30,163 nt of DNA, from the IMG/VR virus record IMGVR_UViG_2526164632_000040. The stretch is one strand, 5' to 3'. The stretch is from a virus. Taxonomy: Duplodnaviria > Heunggongvirae > Uroviricota > Caudoviricetes. Under the pieces are notes generated by a model. It worked only from the letters and a program-made list of their open reading frames with translations, had not been told where the DNA came from and ran no database searches. Positions 18,942-28,983 of the stretch are shown one piece after another (position 1 is the first letter of the stretch; the number at the start of each line of letters is the position of its first letter). The translations under genes and the position numbers were made by a program.

Positions 18942-19831
18942 AGCTTTTACTTCTGCAAAATCAACTTGATGCCATTTCTTCCACTCTGGGGGAAACGTTT
19001 CTTCCTGAGGTTAATGATGGTCTTGAAGCGGTAAAACCGCTCCTTGAGGAAGTGAGAACGTTTGTCCGTGAAAACCCGGAGCTCGTTAAGACCATTGCTA
19101 AAATCGGTCTGGCTTTACTGACAGTGGGGGCCGCTGCAGGCTCTTTGTCCAGAATCATGAAAGTTCTCGGCGGTGTGATGAATATGACGCCTGCTAAGGG
19201 GCTGATTGCTCTTCTGGTTGGTGGCGCTTACCTCATTATTGATAATTGGGAAACCGTAGGTCCTGTCATAAAAAAAGTCTGGCACGTGGTGGATGAAACG
19301 GCGCAGGCGATGGGGGGATGGGAAACTGTTCTGAAAGCGATTGCCCTGTTTATGGCAACCAAATGGGTTGCTGACGTTACCAAATCCATTACCGCAGTGA
19401 CCAGAGAGATGCGTACGCTGGGGAAGGTATCGGCAGAAACGGGATTGATGGGGAAAGGCCGCGGCTTTATCGGGAAGGCCGGGGTATATGGTTTTCTGGG
19501 AACCCTGATGTATGAGCCGGTTAAAGATACTTTGGAAAGTGTTGTTCCTGAAGATACGGTTAACTGGCTGGATAATAAAGGGCTGTTTCTGGCTTCAGAC
19601 TGGACGCCTTTTTTTGATCGTAAAGAGTACGAGCAGTATCAGGCCAGCCTGAGTCAGTACAAACCCAATGTTCCGCTGTTGAATCCATCTTCTTCCATGA
19701 CACAGCACAGCGAGCTGAAAGTCACGTTCGAGAATGCTCCGCCAGGTATGAAGATAATTGATGTACCGGGCAAAGCCGATCCCCTGATGAAAATCACGCA
19801 CGATGTGGGGTATTCTCCATTCAGACGATAA
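18942..19831 (+). pseudogene. tail tape measure protein, C-terminal fragment
   Basis: Frame is open from 18944 to the stop at 19829-19831. It is in phase with the N-terminal fragment once the IS and one duplication copy are removed (junction codon C16229+AG18942-18943 = CAG). Hydrophobic/Gly-rich sequence typical of tape measure proteins. Confidence 0.7.
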
Positions 19832-19895
19832 TATAACTACTTTAATCAAGTAGGGTTATTGAGTGGTAAAGTTTGTGCTGAATGTAGGAGAGAAT

Positions 19896-20383
19896 ATGAA
19901 GAAAATGTTTATATTGTTGTTGGCTGTAGGACTGCCATTAAACTCCTTTGCGAAGCCAGTAACGGAAAAGCAGCTTGCTACATACTTTATAGATAACGTT
20001 AAAACTTCAGCGGATAAGAATATAGATCTAGATGTAGAGGGAATAAATAGACTGTCTGTAATATGCCCAGCAAAGTCGGCAAGTGGAACTCTTTTAATAA
20101 AAAAGCATCCTACGAGTTTAATAAAAGCATTGGTGCTTTTGATTTTGAAAATAACTCACAATCTGCACCATTGACTTTTATTGTACCAATTAGTGAGGAT
20201 GAAAATAACTTTGACTCGGAAATTATTGGTTTCTCTTTTGCATTTAAAATGCCAAGAGGGCAATTCTTTGTTGATGTTACGAAAACAGGGAAGGTAAAGG
20301 CTGGCGTAAATATTAGTGGTGAAAGCGGAATTACTTATTCATCATGTAGAATAGATACTCATAATGTTGATTATGATCGTTAA
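19896..20383 (+). pseudogene. AT-rich cargo gene for a secreted protein, apparently frameshifted at an A6 run
   Basis: ATG 19896 with AGGAGA Shine-Dalgarno. Signal peptide MKKMFILLLAVGLPLNSFA. The frame (codon phase 0) stops at 20174 while an overlapping ORF in phase 2 runs 20051-20383. A6 run at 20099-20104 lies in the overlap. Markedly AT-rich. Confidence 0.4.
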
Positions 20384-20397
20384 TTTTATTACCTAAT

Positions 20398-20428
20398 AAA
20401 AAACCGCGTTTACACGCGGTTTTTATTT
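20398..20428 (+). terminator. rho-independent terminator after the cargo gene
   Basis: Hairpin AAACCGCG-TTTACA-CGCGGTTT followed by a T-run. Confidence 0.55.
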
Positions 20429-20439
20429 GAGGTGACGCC

Positions 20440-21813
20440 ATGGATTTTTCTCATATTTCTTCGTACCTATCCTCTGATTCTCGAAGTGGCTGGCGTGAAA
20501 AGCTACTTGAAGCATCATTTCGAGGTGTGCCGTTTAAGGTTGAAGAAGAAAGTGCGGGAACCGGTCGCCGTGTGGAAACACATGAATACCCGAACCGCGA
20601 CAAGCCCTATACCGAAGATCTGGGAAAAGTCACTTTCCGCCCGTCCATCACAGCTTATGTGGTGGGAGATGACTGCTTTGACCAGCGCGATCGCCTGATT
20701 GAAGCGCTGAATAAACCCGGTCCCGGCACGCTTGTCCACCCGACATATGGTGAGCTGAAAGTCTGTGTTGACGGGGAAGTTCGGGTCAGCACATCGAAAA
20801 GTGAAGGGCGTATTGTCCGCTTTGACCTGAAGTTTGTCGAAGCAGGAGAACTCTCTTACCCCACATCAGGTGCGGCGACGGCGCAGACGCTGATGTCATC
20901 CTGTTCTGCACTGGATGACTGCATCAGTGACAGCTTCAGCGGTTTCAGTATCGATGGTGTAGCGGATTTCGTGCAGAACGACGTTATCGGTAATGCCAGC
21001 ATAATGCTGGGGTATGTTTCTGATGCGATGAAAGTGGTGGATTCTGCCGTATCGGATGCCGCCAGGCTGTTGCAGGGGGATATCTCGGTACTTCTGCCGC
21101 CGCCATCGTCAGGCAAAAATTTCGTTGAGCAGGTGCAGAAAATGTGGCGTACCGGGAAACGCCTTTATGGTAACGCCAGCGACCTGGTCACCATGATCAA
21201 AACGCTTTCCGGTGTCAGCCTCGGCAGCGATCTGCAACCGCGCGGCGTCTGGAAAACGGACAGTAAAACCACCGCCACGGCGACGCAGCAGCGTAACGTG
21301 GTTGCCAGCACCCTTCGTACGACCGCAATCAGCGAAGCGGCGTATGCCGTCACCCGATTGCCTGCGCCAACAACTTCCGCGGTGATGCAGAATTCCGCAG
21401 TGGGGCAGGCAACAACACCCGCGCAGAGCACTGGCTGGCCTTCCGTCACGCATCCGGCACTGAACAATGCACCGGCGGTGAAAAACACGGTTGACCTGCC
21501 GACGTGGGAAGAACTGACTGACATTCGCGACACACTGAATACGGCAATTGATAAGGAGTTGTCCCGTACAACCAGCGATGCGCTGTTTCTGGCGCTGCGC
21601 CGGGTGAAAGCAGATCTGAATGCGGATATCAACACGCGCCTTGAACAGTCTGCACGGATCATTCAGCGCACACCGGATGAGGTTTTACCCGCGCTGGTGC
21701 TGGCGGCGACCTGGTTTGATAACGCGGCGCGTGACGCGGACATTATCCGGCGTAATGCCATTACGCATCCCGGCTTTGTGCCGGTGATCCCTCTGAAGGT
21801 GCCAGTGCAATGA
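20440..21813 (+). CDS. Mu gpN-like DNA circularization protein
   Basis: N-terminal motif WREKLLEASFRGVPFKVEEE...GRRVETHEYPNRDKPYTEDLG matches the conserved N domain of Mu N as recalled. Confidence 0.65.
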   Translation: MDFSHISSYLSSDSRSGWREKLLEASFRGVPFKVEEESAGTGRRVETHEYPNRDKPYTEDLGKVTFRPSITAYVVGDDCFDQRDRLIEALNKPGPGTLVHPTYGELKVCVDGEVRVSTSKSEGRIVRFDLKFVEAGELSYPTSGAATAQTLMSSCSALDDCISDSFSGFSIDGVADFVQNDVIGNASIMLGYVSDAMKVVDSAVSDAARLLQGDISVLLPPPSSGKNFVEQVQKMWRTGKRLYGNASDLVTMIKTLSGVSLGSDLQPRGVWKTDSKTTATATQQRNVVASTLRTTAISEAAYAVTRLPAPTTSAVMQNSAVGQATTPAQSTGWPSVTHPALNNAPAVKNTVDLPTWEELTDIRDTLNTAIDKELSRTTSDALFLALRRVKADLNADINTRLEQSARIIQRTPDEVLPALVLAATWFDNAARDADIIRRNAITHPGFVPVIPLKVPVQ

Positions 21814-22889
21814 ACGACAATGTCACGCTACGGGTAAATGGCCGGGAGTGGAATGGCTGGACATCGGTGCGCATCGGTGCCGGTATTGAACGGCTGGCGC
21901 GGGATTTCAGTGTGGAGATCACCCGCCAGTGGCCGGGAGATGAGGGCATCACTACGCTTCAGCCGCGCATTAAAAACGGTTCAAAAGTGGAGGTACTGAT
22001 TGGTGATGAGCTGGTGATCACCGGCTGGGTGGAGGCGACGCCCGTTCGTTACGATGCCCGTTCGGTCAGTACCGGTATTGCCGGACGCAGTCTGACGGCT
22101 GACCTGATTGACTGTGCAGCCGAACCGACACAGTTTAACGGACGCTCGCTGGTGCAGATTGCGCAGGCGCTTGCTGCGCCTTTCGGCATTGAGGTGGTGA
22201 ACAGCGGTGCGCCGTCGGGTGTTATTCCTGATGTTCAGCCTGATCACGGTGAAACGGTGATTGAGGTAATCAACAAAATACTCGGTCAGCAGCAGGCACT
22301 GGCTTACGACGACCCGCACGGCAGGCTGGTGATTGGCGGTATTGGCTCAACGCGGGCACATACTGCGCTGGTACTCGGGGAAAATATCCTTTCCTGTGAT
22401 ACGGAGAAGAGTATCCGGGAGCGGTTTTCAGTTTACCAGGTGGCGGGGCAGCGTGCCGGAAACGACGATGATTTCGGTGAGGCCACCACCACCGCGCTGC
22501 GGGCCCGCACAGAGGACGCATTTATTGCCCGTTACCGTCCGATGTATATCAGGCAGCCAGGGCAGGCTACGGGGGCAGGCTGTATTGCCCGTGCGGACTT
22601 TGAAGCCCGGCAACGGGCGGCGCGGACGGATGAAACCACCTATGTGGTGCAGGGCTGGCGACAGGGTAACGGTACGCTGTGGCAGCCCAACCAGCGGGTG
22701 ATTGTCTTCGATCCGGTCTGTGGTTTCGACAATACCGAACTGCTTGTCTCGGAAGTCACGTTTACTCAGGACCAGAATGGCACCCTGACGGAAATCCGTG
22801 TCGGCCCACCTGATGCTTATCTGCCTGAACCCGAAGCCCCCGGCGCGCGGAAAAAGAAAAAAGCCAGAGTACAGGAGGACCCGTTCTGA
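21810..22889 (+). CDS. Mu gpP-like tail/baseplate protein
   Basis: 359 aa following N with ATGA overlap; size and order as in Mu-like tails. Confidence 0.6.
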   Translation: MNDNVTLRVNGREWNGWTSVRIGAGIERLARDFSVEITRQWPGDEGITTLQPRIKNGSKVEVLIGDELVITGWVEATPVRYDARSVSTGIAGRSLTADLIDCAAEPTQFNGRSLVQIAQALAAPFGIEVVNSGAPSGVIPDVQPDHGETVIEVINKILGQQQALAYDDPHGRLVIGGIGSTRAHTALVLGENILSCDTEKSIRERFSVYQVAGQRAGNDDDFGEATTTALRARTEDAFIARYRPMYIRQPGQATGAGCIARADFEARQRAARTDETTYVVQGWRQGNGTLWQPNQRVIVFDPVCGFDNTELLVSEVTFTQDQNGTLTEIRVGPPDAYLPEPEAPGARKKKKARVQEDPF

Positions 22890-23437
22890 TGAAGGCGATT
22901 GAAACCATACAGCGACAACTCCTCGGCCTGATTGGGCGGGCCGTGGTGAAAAGCATCAGTGCCGCCACGAAATGTCAGACCGTGGATGTGTCCCTGATTG
23001 CCGGTGAACCCAAAGCCGGGGTTGAACATCTTGAACCCTACGGTTTTACCGCAAGGGCAAACAGCGGTGCGGAAGCGGTGGTGTTGTTTCCGGATGGCGA
23101 CCGTTCTCATGCGGTGGTTGTTACGGTGTCGGACCGGCGCTACCGCCTGAAAGGGCTGCAGACGGGTGAGGTGGCTGTCTATGACGATCAGGGGCAGTCC
23201 GTGACGCTGACCCGGGAGGGGATCGTGGTGGACGGTGCAGGTAAAACGATCACGTTTCGCAATTCACCTAAAGCACGTTTTGAAATGGACCTGGAAGTGA
23301 CAGGACAGGTGAAAGACCTGTGCGACTCCAGCGGCACTACCATGTCAGCGATGCGGCTTGCCTATAACGGGCATCGTCACAGAGAGAACGGTCAGGGCAG
23401 TAACACCGACAAACCTGATAAAGCGATGGAGGCATGA
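22889..23437 (+). CDS. baseplate assembly protein (Mu gp45 / gpV-like spike)
   Basis: 182 aa in conserved position; start/stop overlap with neighbours. Confidence 0.55.
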   Translation: MKAIETIQRQLLGLIGRAVVKSISAATKCQTVDVSLIAGEPKAGVEHLEPYGFTARANSGAEAVVLFPDGDRSHAVVVTVSDRRYRLKGLQTGEVAVYDDQGQSVTLTREGIVVDGAGKTITFRNSPKARFEMDLEVTGQVKDLCDSSGTTMSAMRLAYNGHRHRENGQGSNTDKPDKAMEA

Positions 23438-23862
23438 TGGAACTGTGGCTGACGGTGAACGGTAAACGCACCTGCGCCAGCGCACCGCTGGATCCGCTGA
23501 CCCGCGCCGTGGTGATTTCCCTGTTTACCTGGCGGCGGGCGGAGCCTGATAACAACGCCGACGTCCCGATGGGATGGTGGGGGGATACCTGGCCTGCGGT
23601 ACAGAATGACCGTTACGGCTCCCGACTGTGGCTGCTTCAGCGCAGCAAACTGACCAATCAGCTGGTGCAGACGGTAAGGGGGTATATCCGCGAATGCCTG
23701 CAATGGATGATTGATGACGGCGTGGTGTCCCGTATTGATCTGGATATCCGCCGCACCGGGATTAATGAGCTGGGTAACAGTATCACCCTCTGGCGTCGTG
23801 ACGGACCGGTAATGATTTCTTTTGATGATCTGTGGAGTGCGATAACGCATGGCGGACAGTGA
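23434..23862 (+). CDS. Mu gp46-like baseplate protein (gp25/gpW-like)
   Basis: 142 aa in conserved position between the gp45-like and gp47-like genes. Confidence 0.55.
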   Translation: MMELWLTVNGKRTCASAPLDPLTRAVVISLFTWRRAEPDNNADVPMGWWGDTWPAVQNDRYGSRLWLLQRSKLTNQLVQTVRGYIRECLQWMIDDGVVSRIDLDIRRTGINELGNSITLWRRDGPVMISFDDLWSAITHGGQ

Positions 23863-24907
23863 ATTTCAGCGCCCGACGCTGGCAGAAAATATCAGTATGC
23901 TCCGTAACGATTTATTCGCCAGGCTGGACGTCAGCGACACGCTCCGGCGCATGGATGAAGACGTGCGGGCAAAGGTGTATGCGGCGGCGCTGCATACGGT
24001 TTACGGGTACATCGATTATCTGGCAATGAATATGCTGCCTGACCTGTGCGATGAGTCCTGGCTGGCGCGACATGCTGCGATGAAACGGTGTCCGCGCAAG
24101 GGGGCCACGGCTGCCAGCGGGTATATGCGTTGGGAAGATGTCAGCGATGGCCTGAAGGTGACCGCCGGGAGTGTTATTCAGCGCGATGACCTGGTTCAGT
24201 ACACGGCAACTGCCGATGCAACCAGCTCCGGTGGTGTCCTGCGCGTGCCGATCGCCTGCTCAAGTGCAGGAGCGGTCGGTAACGCTGACGACGGTACGTC
24301 ATTAATCCTGGTCACGCCGGTTAATGGTCTGCCGTCTTCCGGCGTGGCAGATACCCTGACAGGCGGATTTGATACTGAAGAGCTGGAAACGTGGCGCGCC
24401 CGCGTCATTGAGCGGTATTACTGGACGCCTCAGGGCGGGGCTGACGGGGACTATGTCGTCTGGGCTAAAGAAGTGCCCGGCATTACCCGCGCATGGACAT
24501 ACCGTCACTGGATGGGAACGGGAACTGTCGGTGTGATGATTGCCGGCAGTGACCTGATTAATCCCATTCCGGAAGAATCAACGGAAACGGCGGCAAGACA
24601 ACATATCGGGCCACTGGCCCCGGTGGCAGGCTCTGATTTGTATGTGTTCAGGCCGGTGGCGCATAAAGTGGATTTTCATATCCGCGTGACGCCGGACACA
24701 CCGGAAATACGGGCTGCCATCACCGCCGAGTTGCGTTCGTTCCTGCTGCGTGATGGTTATCCGCAGGGAGAACTGAAGGTGTCGCGTATCAGTGAGGCGA
24801 TTTCCGGTGCGAACGGGGAATACAGCCATCAGTTGCTTGCACCGGTGGACAATATCTCCATTGCGAAAAACGAACTGGCGGTTCTGGGGACGATTTCATG
24901 GACGTGA
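23849..24907 (+). CDS. baseplate J-like protein (Mu gp47-like)
   Basis: 352 aa; size and order match gpJ/gp47-family baseplate wedge proteins. Confidence 0.65.
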   Translation: MADSEFQRPTLAENISMLRNDLFARLDVSDTLRRMDEDVRAKVYAAALHTVYGYIDYLAMNMLPDLCDESWLARHAAMKRCPRKGATAASGYMRWEDVSDGLKVTAGSVIQRDDLVQYTATADATSSGGVLRVPIACSSAGAVGNADDGTSLILVTPVNGLPSSGVADTLTGGFDTEELETWRARVIERYYWTPQGGADGDYVVWAKEVPGITRAWTYRHWMGTGTVGVMIAGSDLINPIPEESTETAARQHIGPLAPVAGSDLYVFRPVAHKVDFHIRVTPDTPEIRAAITAELRSFLLRDGYPQGELKVSRISEAISGANGEYSHQLLAPVDNISIAKNELAVLGTISWT

Positions 24908-25482
24908 CAAACGATGATTACATCCGTCTGTTGTCGGCACTGCTGCCGCCCGGTCCGGCGTGGTCAGCCAGCGATCCGGCGATTGCAGGTGCGGCACCGT
25001 CATTAACCCGTGTTCATCAGCGTGCGGATGCCCTGATGCGGGAGCTGGATCCGCGCACCACCACCGAACTGATAAACCGCTGGGAGCGTCTGTGCGGCCT
25101 GCCGGATGAATGTATTCCCGCAGGGACACAGACCCTTCGCCAGCGTCAGCAACGGCTGGATGCGAAGGTTAACCTGGCGGGCGGCATCAACGAGGATTTT
25201 TATCTTGCACAGCTTGCTGCCCTGGGCAGACCAGATGCCACCATCACGCGATACGACAAAAGCACCTTCACCTGCTCATCGGCCTGTACTGACGCGGTGA
25301 ATGCGCCGGAATGGCGGTATTACTGGCAGGTCAACATGCCAGCTGCCACCAACACCACCTGGATGACATGTGGTGATCCCTGTGATTCCGCACTGCGTAT
25401 CTGGGGCGACACCGTTGTCGAGTGTGTGCTTAACAAACTCTGCCCTTCGCATACCTACGTAATTTTTAAATATCCGGAGTAA
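24898..25482 (+). CDS. Mu gp48-like tail protein (DUF2313 / YmfQ-like)
   Basis: 194 aa, Cys-rich C-terminus, immediately upstream of the tail fiber as in the e14 prophage. Confidence 0.6.
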   Translation: MDVTNDDYIRLLSALLPPGPAWSASDPAIAGAAPSLTRVHQRADALMRELDPRTTTELINRWERLCGLPDECIPAGTQTLRQRQQRLDAKVNLAGGINEDFYLAQLAALGRPDATITRYDKSTFTCSSACTDAVNAPEWRYYWQVNMPAATNTTWMTCGDPCDSALRIWGDTVVECVLNKLCPSHTYVIFKYPE

Positions 25483-25485
25483 TCC

Positions 25486-26585
25486 ATGCATCGTATAGAC
25501 ACGAAAACCGCGCAGAAGGATAAGTTCGGCGCGGGTAAGAACGGTTTTACCCGTGGTAACCCCCAGACCGGCACGCCTGCCACCGTTCTGGATGATGACT
25601 ACTTTGACATGTTGCAGGAAGAACTCTGCAGCGTGGTGGAGGCATCCGGTGCCAGCCTGGAGAAGGGGCGGCACGATCAGCTTCTTACCGCGCTTCGTGC
25701 GCTGCTGTTAAGCCGCAAGAATCCGTTTGGCGATATCAAATCGGATGGCACTGTGCAAACGGCTCTCGAAAACCTGGGAATGACAGACATTCTGAATGAT
25801 AAACAGGATAAAAATGATAATCTGACATCATTGTCGAGCTTAACAGGAATACCGGATGGGCTGGCATTTTTTACAGGTGCCGGAACAATGGATATGACAG
25901 CGCTGACTCAAAATGGCAGGGAAATTTTAAGTAAAAAAACGTATCGGAAACTCTAAAATATTTAACACTTGGGGATGGAACAGGAAGGCTTTTGGGGGTT
26001 CAGGCATTTGGATCATCTGGGACTTATATCAAATCACCTGGTGTAACGAAAATTATAGTGGAAGCCGTTGGCGGAGGTGGTGCCAGTGGTAATTTGTCGG
26101 CAACTGCATCTGGTAACTGTGGTGTAAGTGCTGCCGGTTCCAACGGGGCATATGCTAAAGCATTTTTTTATCAGTCTATACCTGAATCCGTGCAAGTAAC
26201 TATTGGAAGCGGTGGTGTAGCAGGAACAGGACCAGGAGGCTCTGGAGGTGACGGCGGGAATACAAGCTTTGGTGATTTGCTTGTATGTCCGGGAGGAAGG
26301 GGATCAACTCAAGTTCAGCAGGTACCTCCATTTTCAGGGGGAAGTGCAACAGAAGCACCAATTCCTACAGGGCAAGGGATTCTGTTCCATTCAGTTTCAC
26401 GATCAAATTTATGTGGGGCACTTGGACTTGGTGATGATCAGGCGATTGGCGTTGAAAGTATAACCACTACTATGCTTGGGATATACGGTATTGGCGGGAC
26501 AGGTAAATACAATAAGGCGTCATCAGGTCCAGCGACAGGAAATAATGGAAATCAGGGATATATTCTTGTGTGGGAGTATCAGTAA
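25486..26585 (+). pseudogene. tail fiber protein: conserved N-terminal domain plus glycine-rich C-terminal domain, split by an apparent -1 frameshift at an A7 run
   Basis: N-terminal part (25486-25956) has the motif MHRIDT...[28 protein letters not shown] and ends in stop TAA 25954-25956. The glycine-rich ORF is open in the -1 frame from 25935 to 26585. A7 run at 25933-25939. GC content drops from about 25790 onward. Confidence 0.55.
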
Positions 26586-26791
26586 TGAGCGATATTTATG
26601 CAGTCGTACAAAATGGTGTCGTTACAAATCTTGTTGTATGGGATGGTAAGTCAGAGTTTAAGTCAGAAAAAGCGGATATAGTTAAATGTGTTGGAGATGT
26701 TGGTATTGGCTGGTCATATGACGGTAAAAAATTCATCAAGCCTTCCTTAAAACCAGATGTAGTTACTCCTCAAGATGAGTTAGTCAGTTAA
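26585..26791 (+). CDS. hypothetical small protein downstream of tail fiber (68 aa)
   Basis: ATG 26585 with GGGAG 8 nt upstream, overlapping the tail-fiber stop. AT-rich. Followed by a terminator. No family recognised. Confidence 0.35.
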   Translation: MSDIYAVVQNGVVTNLVVWDGKSEFKSEKADIVKCVGDVGIGWSYDGKKFIKPSLKPDVVTPQDELVS

Positions 26792-26800
26792 TTGCTAGTA

Positions 26801-26836
26801 CGCTGGAGATTTTGATAATTTCCAGCGCATTTTTCC
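26801..26836 (+). terminator. rho-independent terminator ending the tail operon
   Basis: Hairpin CGCTGGAGATT-TTGAT-AATTTCCAGCG (one mismatch) followed by CATTTTT. Confidence 0.5.
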
Positions 26837-27202
26837 TTCTGCAGTAATGGATGAAATACCGCGAGTATAATGTTTTTATGCATATGAACCGTTTAAACCA
26901 GAGGAATCCTGACGAAATTGGTTATTGCGCCGAGAGTTGTCGGAGGGGGTGATATAGGTTATCTAATGGAGTAATCATTTTAACATTAATCAGTTTCCCC
27001 ATGACATCCTCTAAACCCTATATAAACGATTTCCTGCTACTGGCATTCAAACGAAATAATTTGAAAGCAATTTAAAGAGTTATTTGTCTAATGTTGGAAG
27101 CCGCAGCCACGTCGTATGCAAGAACGTGCTGCGGCTGGCTGGCGAACTTTCGATAGTGCGAGTATTGAATGATTTCCAGCCGTTACCGATTTTACGTGTT
27201 AA

Positions 27203-27362
27203 TTAGTGAACAAACCACTCGTCAGCAGATTCCCAGGTATCTTTCAGAGTCTCCTGAACAAAAGTTTTTGCAGAATCCTTATCTGCGGTGCGTGTAACAG
27301 AAAGGCCATCGTTGCTGGTGGCTTTTACGATCACCTCTACATCGTCATAACGTTTACTGATG
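27203..27362 (-). pseudogene. dinI: dinI-like gene, C-terminal fragment (interrupted by IS66 copy 2)
   Basis: Reverse-strand translation ...[50 protein letters not shown] matches the DinI C-terminus (ETWESADDWFV) as recalled. Confidence 0.6.
27355..27362. repeat. 8-bp target-site duplication TACTGATG (left copy) of IS66 copy 2
   Basis: Identical 8-mer TACTGATG lies outside both IS ends (27355-27362 and 30067-30074). Confidence 0.8.
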
Positions 27363-27392
27363 GTAAGCGGCTCGCCAGAACCGTATTGATAT

Positions 27393-28964
27393 TTACTGAG
27401 AGGTCAGATCAACTTTCCAGGGCAACAGATCGCGTACCCGGTTTGCCGGCCAATCCTGGATATGCTCAATGACGTAACGCAGCCATTTTTCTGGTTCCAC
27501 ATTGTTCAGACGGCATGTGCCGATCAGCGAGTACAACACCGCCGCATGTTCGCCACCGCTGTCGGAACCCGCGAACAGCCAGTTTTTCCGGCCTACGGCC
27601 ACTCCCCGTAAGGCGTTCTCTGCGATGTTGTTGTCGATTTCCACCCAGCCATTACTGCAGTACACGTTCAGGCCATCCCACTGTTTCAGCAGGTATGCGA
27701 ACGCTTTTGCCGTATCCGAGTGACGCGACAGTGTTTTCATCTGAGTCTGTATCCAGTCATACAGTGACTGCATCAGTGGCGCAGCTCTGGCTTTTCTTGC
27801 CGCCAGACGCTGTTCTGCTGTACATCCCCGGACTTCTGCCTCTATGGCATACAGTTCACCGATACGCTGCAGGGCTTCCGTGGTGATGTCGGTGGGCACT
27901 CTTGCATGCACATCGTGGATTTTTCTCCGGGCATGAGCCATACACGCGGCTTCCGTTATTCTGCCGGATTCGTATAACACCCGGTAACCACCGTAAGCAT
28001 CGGCCTGAAGCACACCGCTGTAACCGGCCAGATGATTTTGTGGATGGATACCTTTCCGGTCCGGTGAGTACGCGAACCAGACCGCCGGGGGCATTTCCGA
28101 ACCGGCGTTACGGTCATCACGGACGTAGACCCACAGCCGGGCGGTCCGGGTTTTACCGCTGCCCGGCTCCTGGACCGGGACGGGGATATCATCAGCATGG
28201 ACTTTACCGGGCATCAGCACATACTGGCGCAGGACGTCATACAGCGGCTCCAGCAGTTCAGCAACGGCACCTGTCCAGCGCCCCAGCGTGGCGCGGCTCA
28301 GCTCCACGCCCTGGCGACGGTATATTTCTGACTGGCGGTATAACGGCAGATGGTCTGCATATTTCCCGGTAACAACATGGGCCAGAAGCCCCGCTCCGGC
28401 ATAACTGCGTGCAATGGGTTTTGAAGGTACTGTTGCCTGCACGATATGGTCGCACCGACAACAGGCCAGTTTCGGACGTTGTGTTTCGATAACCTTAAAG
28501 GCGCTGCTGATAAGCTCCAGTTGCTCTGACACATCACACCCCAGAGGACTGAGGTCACCACCACAGGCCGGGCAGCATTCCTCTTCCGGCCGGATGACCC
28601 GGGTTTCACGGGGAAGTGAGGCCGGTAACGGTTTACGGGCTGAAGACTGGCGCAGGGCGGATGGCAGTACCGGGTCATATTGCTCACCCAGCGTTTCCGC
28701 CATTTCTTCCTGAAGTGCGCTGATTCGCTCCTGTGCTTCCTGTATCTGCCGTTCGGTTTTAGCGCGAAGTTTTTCTGAGCTTTTACCGAACTGCATGCGC
28801 TGCAGTTTCGCAACCAGCGCCTTCAGCCGGTTGATTTCGGAAGCATAAGCCGCCACCCGCTGTGAGAGCAGGCGGTTGTATTTCGCCATCTGGCGGATGG
28901 TGTCCTGTTGCGTCTGCAACAGTGCCCGCAGGCGGGCATTCTCATGAGCAAGTGAGGTGTCCAT
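27393..28964 (-). CDS. tnpC: IS66-family transposase TnpC
   Basis: Translation identical to copy 1 TnpC (523 aa). Confidence 0.8.
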   Translation of the reverse strand: MDTSLAHENARLRALLQTQQDTIRQMAKYNRLLSQRVAAYASEINRLKALVAKLQRMQFGKSSEKLRAKTERQIQEAQERISALQEEMAETLGEQYDPVLPSALRQSSARKPLPASLPRETRVIRPEEECCPACGGDLSPLGCDVSEQLELISSAFKVIETQRPKLACCRCDHIVQATVPSKPIARSYAGAGLLAHVVTGKYADHLPLYRQSEIYRRQGVELSRATLGRWTGAVAELLEPLYDVLRQYVLMPGKVHADDIPVPVQEPGSGKTRTARLWVYVRDDRNAGSEMPPAVWFAYSPDRKGIHPQNHLAGYSGVLQADAYGGYRVLYESGRITEAACMAHARRKIHDVHARVPTDITTEALQRIGELYAIEAEVRGCTAEQRLAARKARAAPLMQSLYDWIQTQMKTLSRHSDTAKAFAYLLKQWDGLNVYCSNGWVEIDNNIAENALRGVAVGRKNWLFAGSDSGGEHAAVLYSLIGTCRLNNVEPEKWLRYVIEHIQDWPANRVRDLLPWKVDLTSQ

Positions 28965-28983
28965 ATCCTCACTTTACAACGGG

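Noticed and set aside
25992-26585. Glycine-rich ORF as an independent gene starting at TTG 25992
   Set aside because: Its frame is open back to 25935, right at the A7 run that ends the fiber N-terminal frame, and there is no Shine-Dalgarno. More likely the fiber C-terminal domain.
25780-27200. Gin/Pin-type invertible tail-fiber segment, as in Mu or e14
   Set aside because: No invertase gene and no convincing roughly 26-bp inverted crossover sites were seen. The fiber discontinuity is better explained by a frameshift at the A7 run.
27206-27472. + strand ORF of 88 aa in the track
   Set aside because: Lies antisense to the dinI C-terminal fragment and reads across the IS66 end, with its C-terminus duplicated at 16230 for the same reason. 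A shadow ORF, not a gene.
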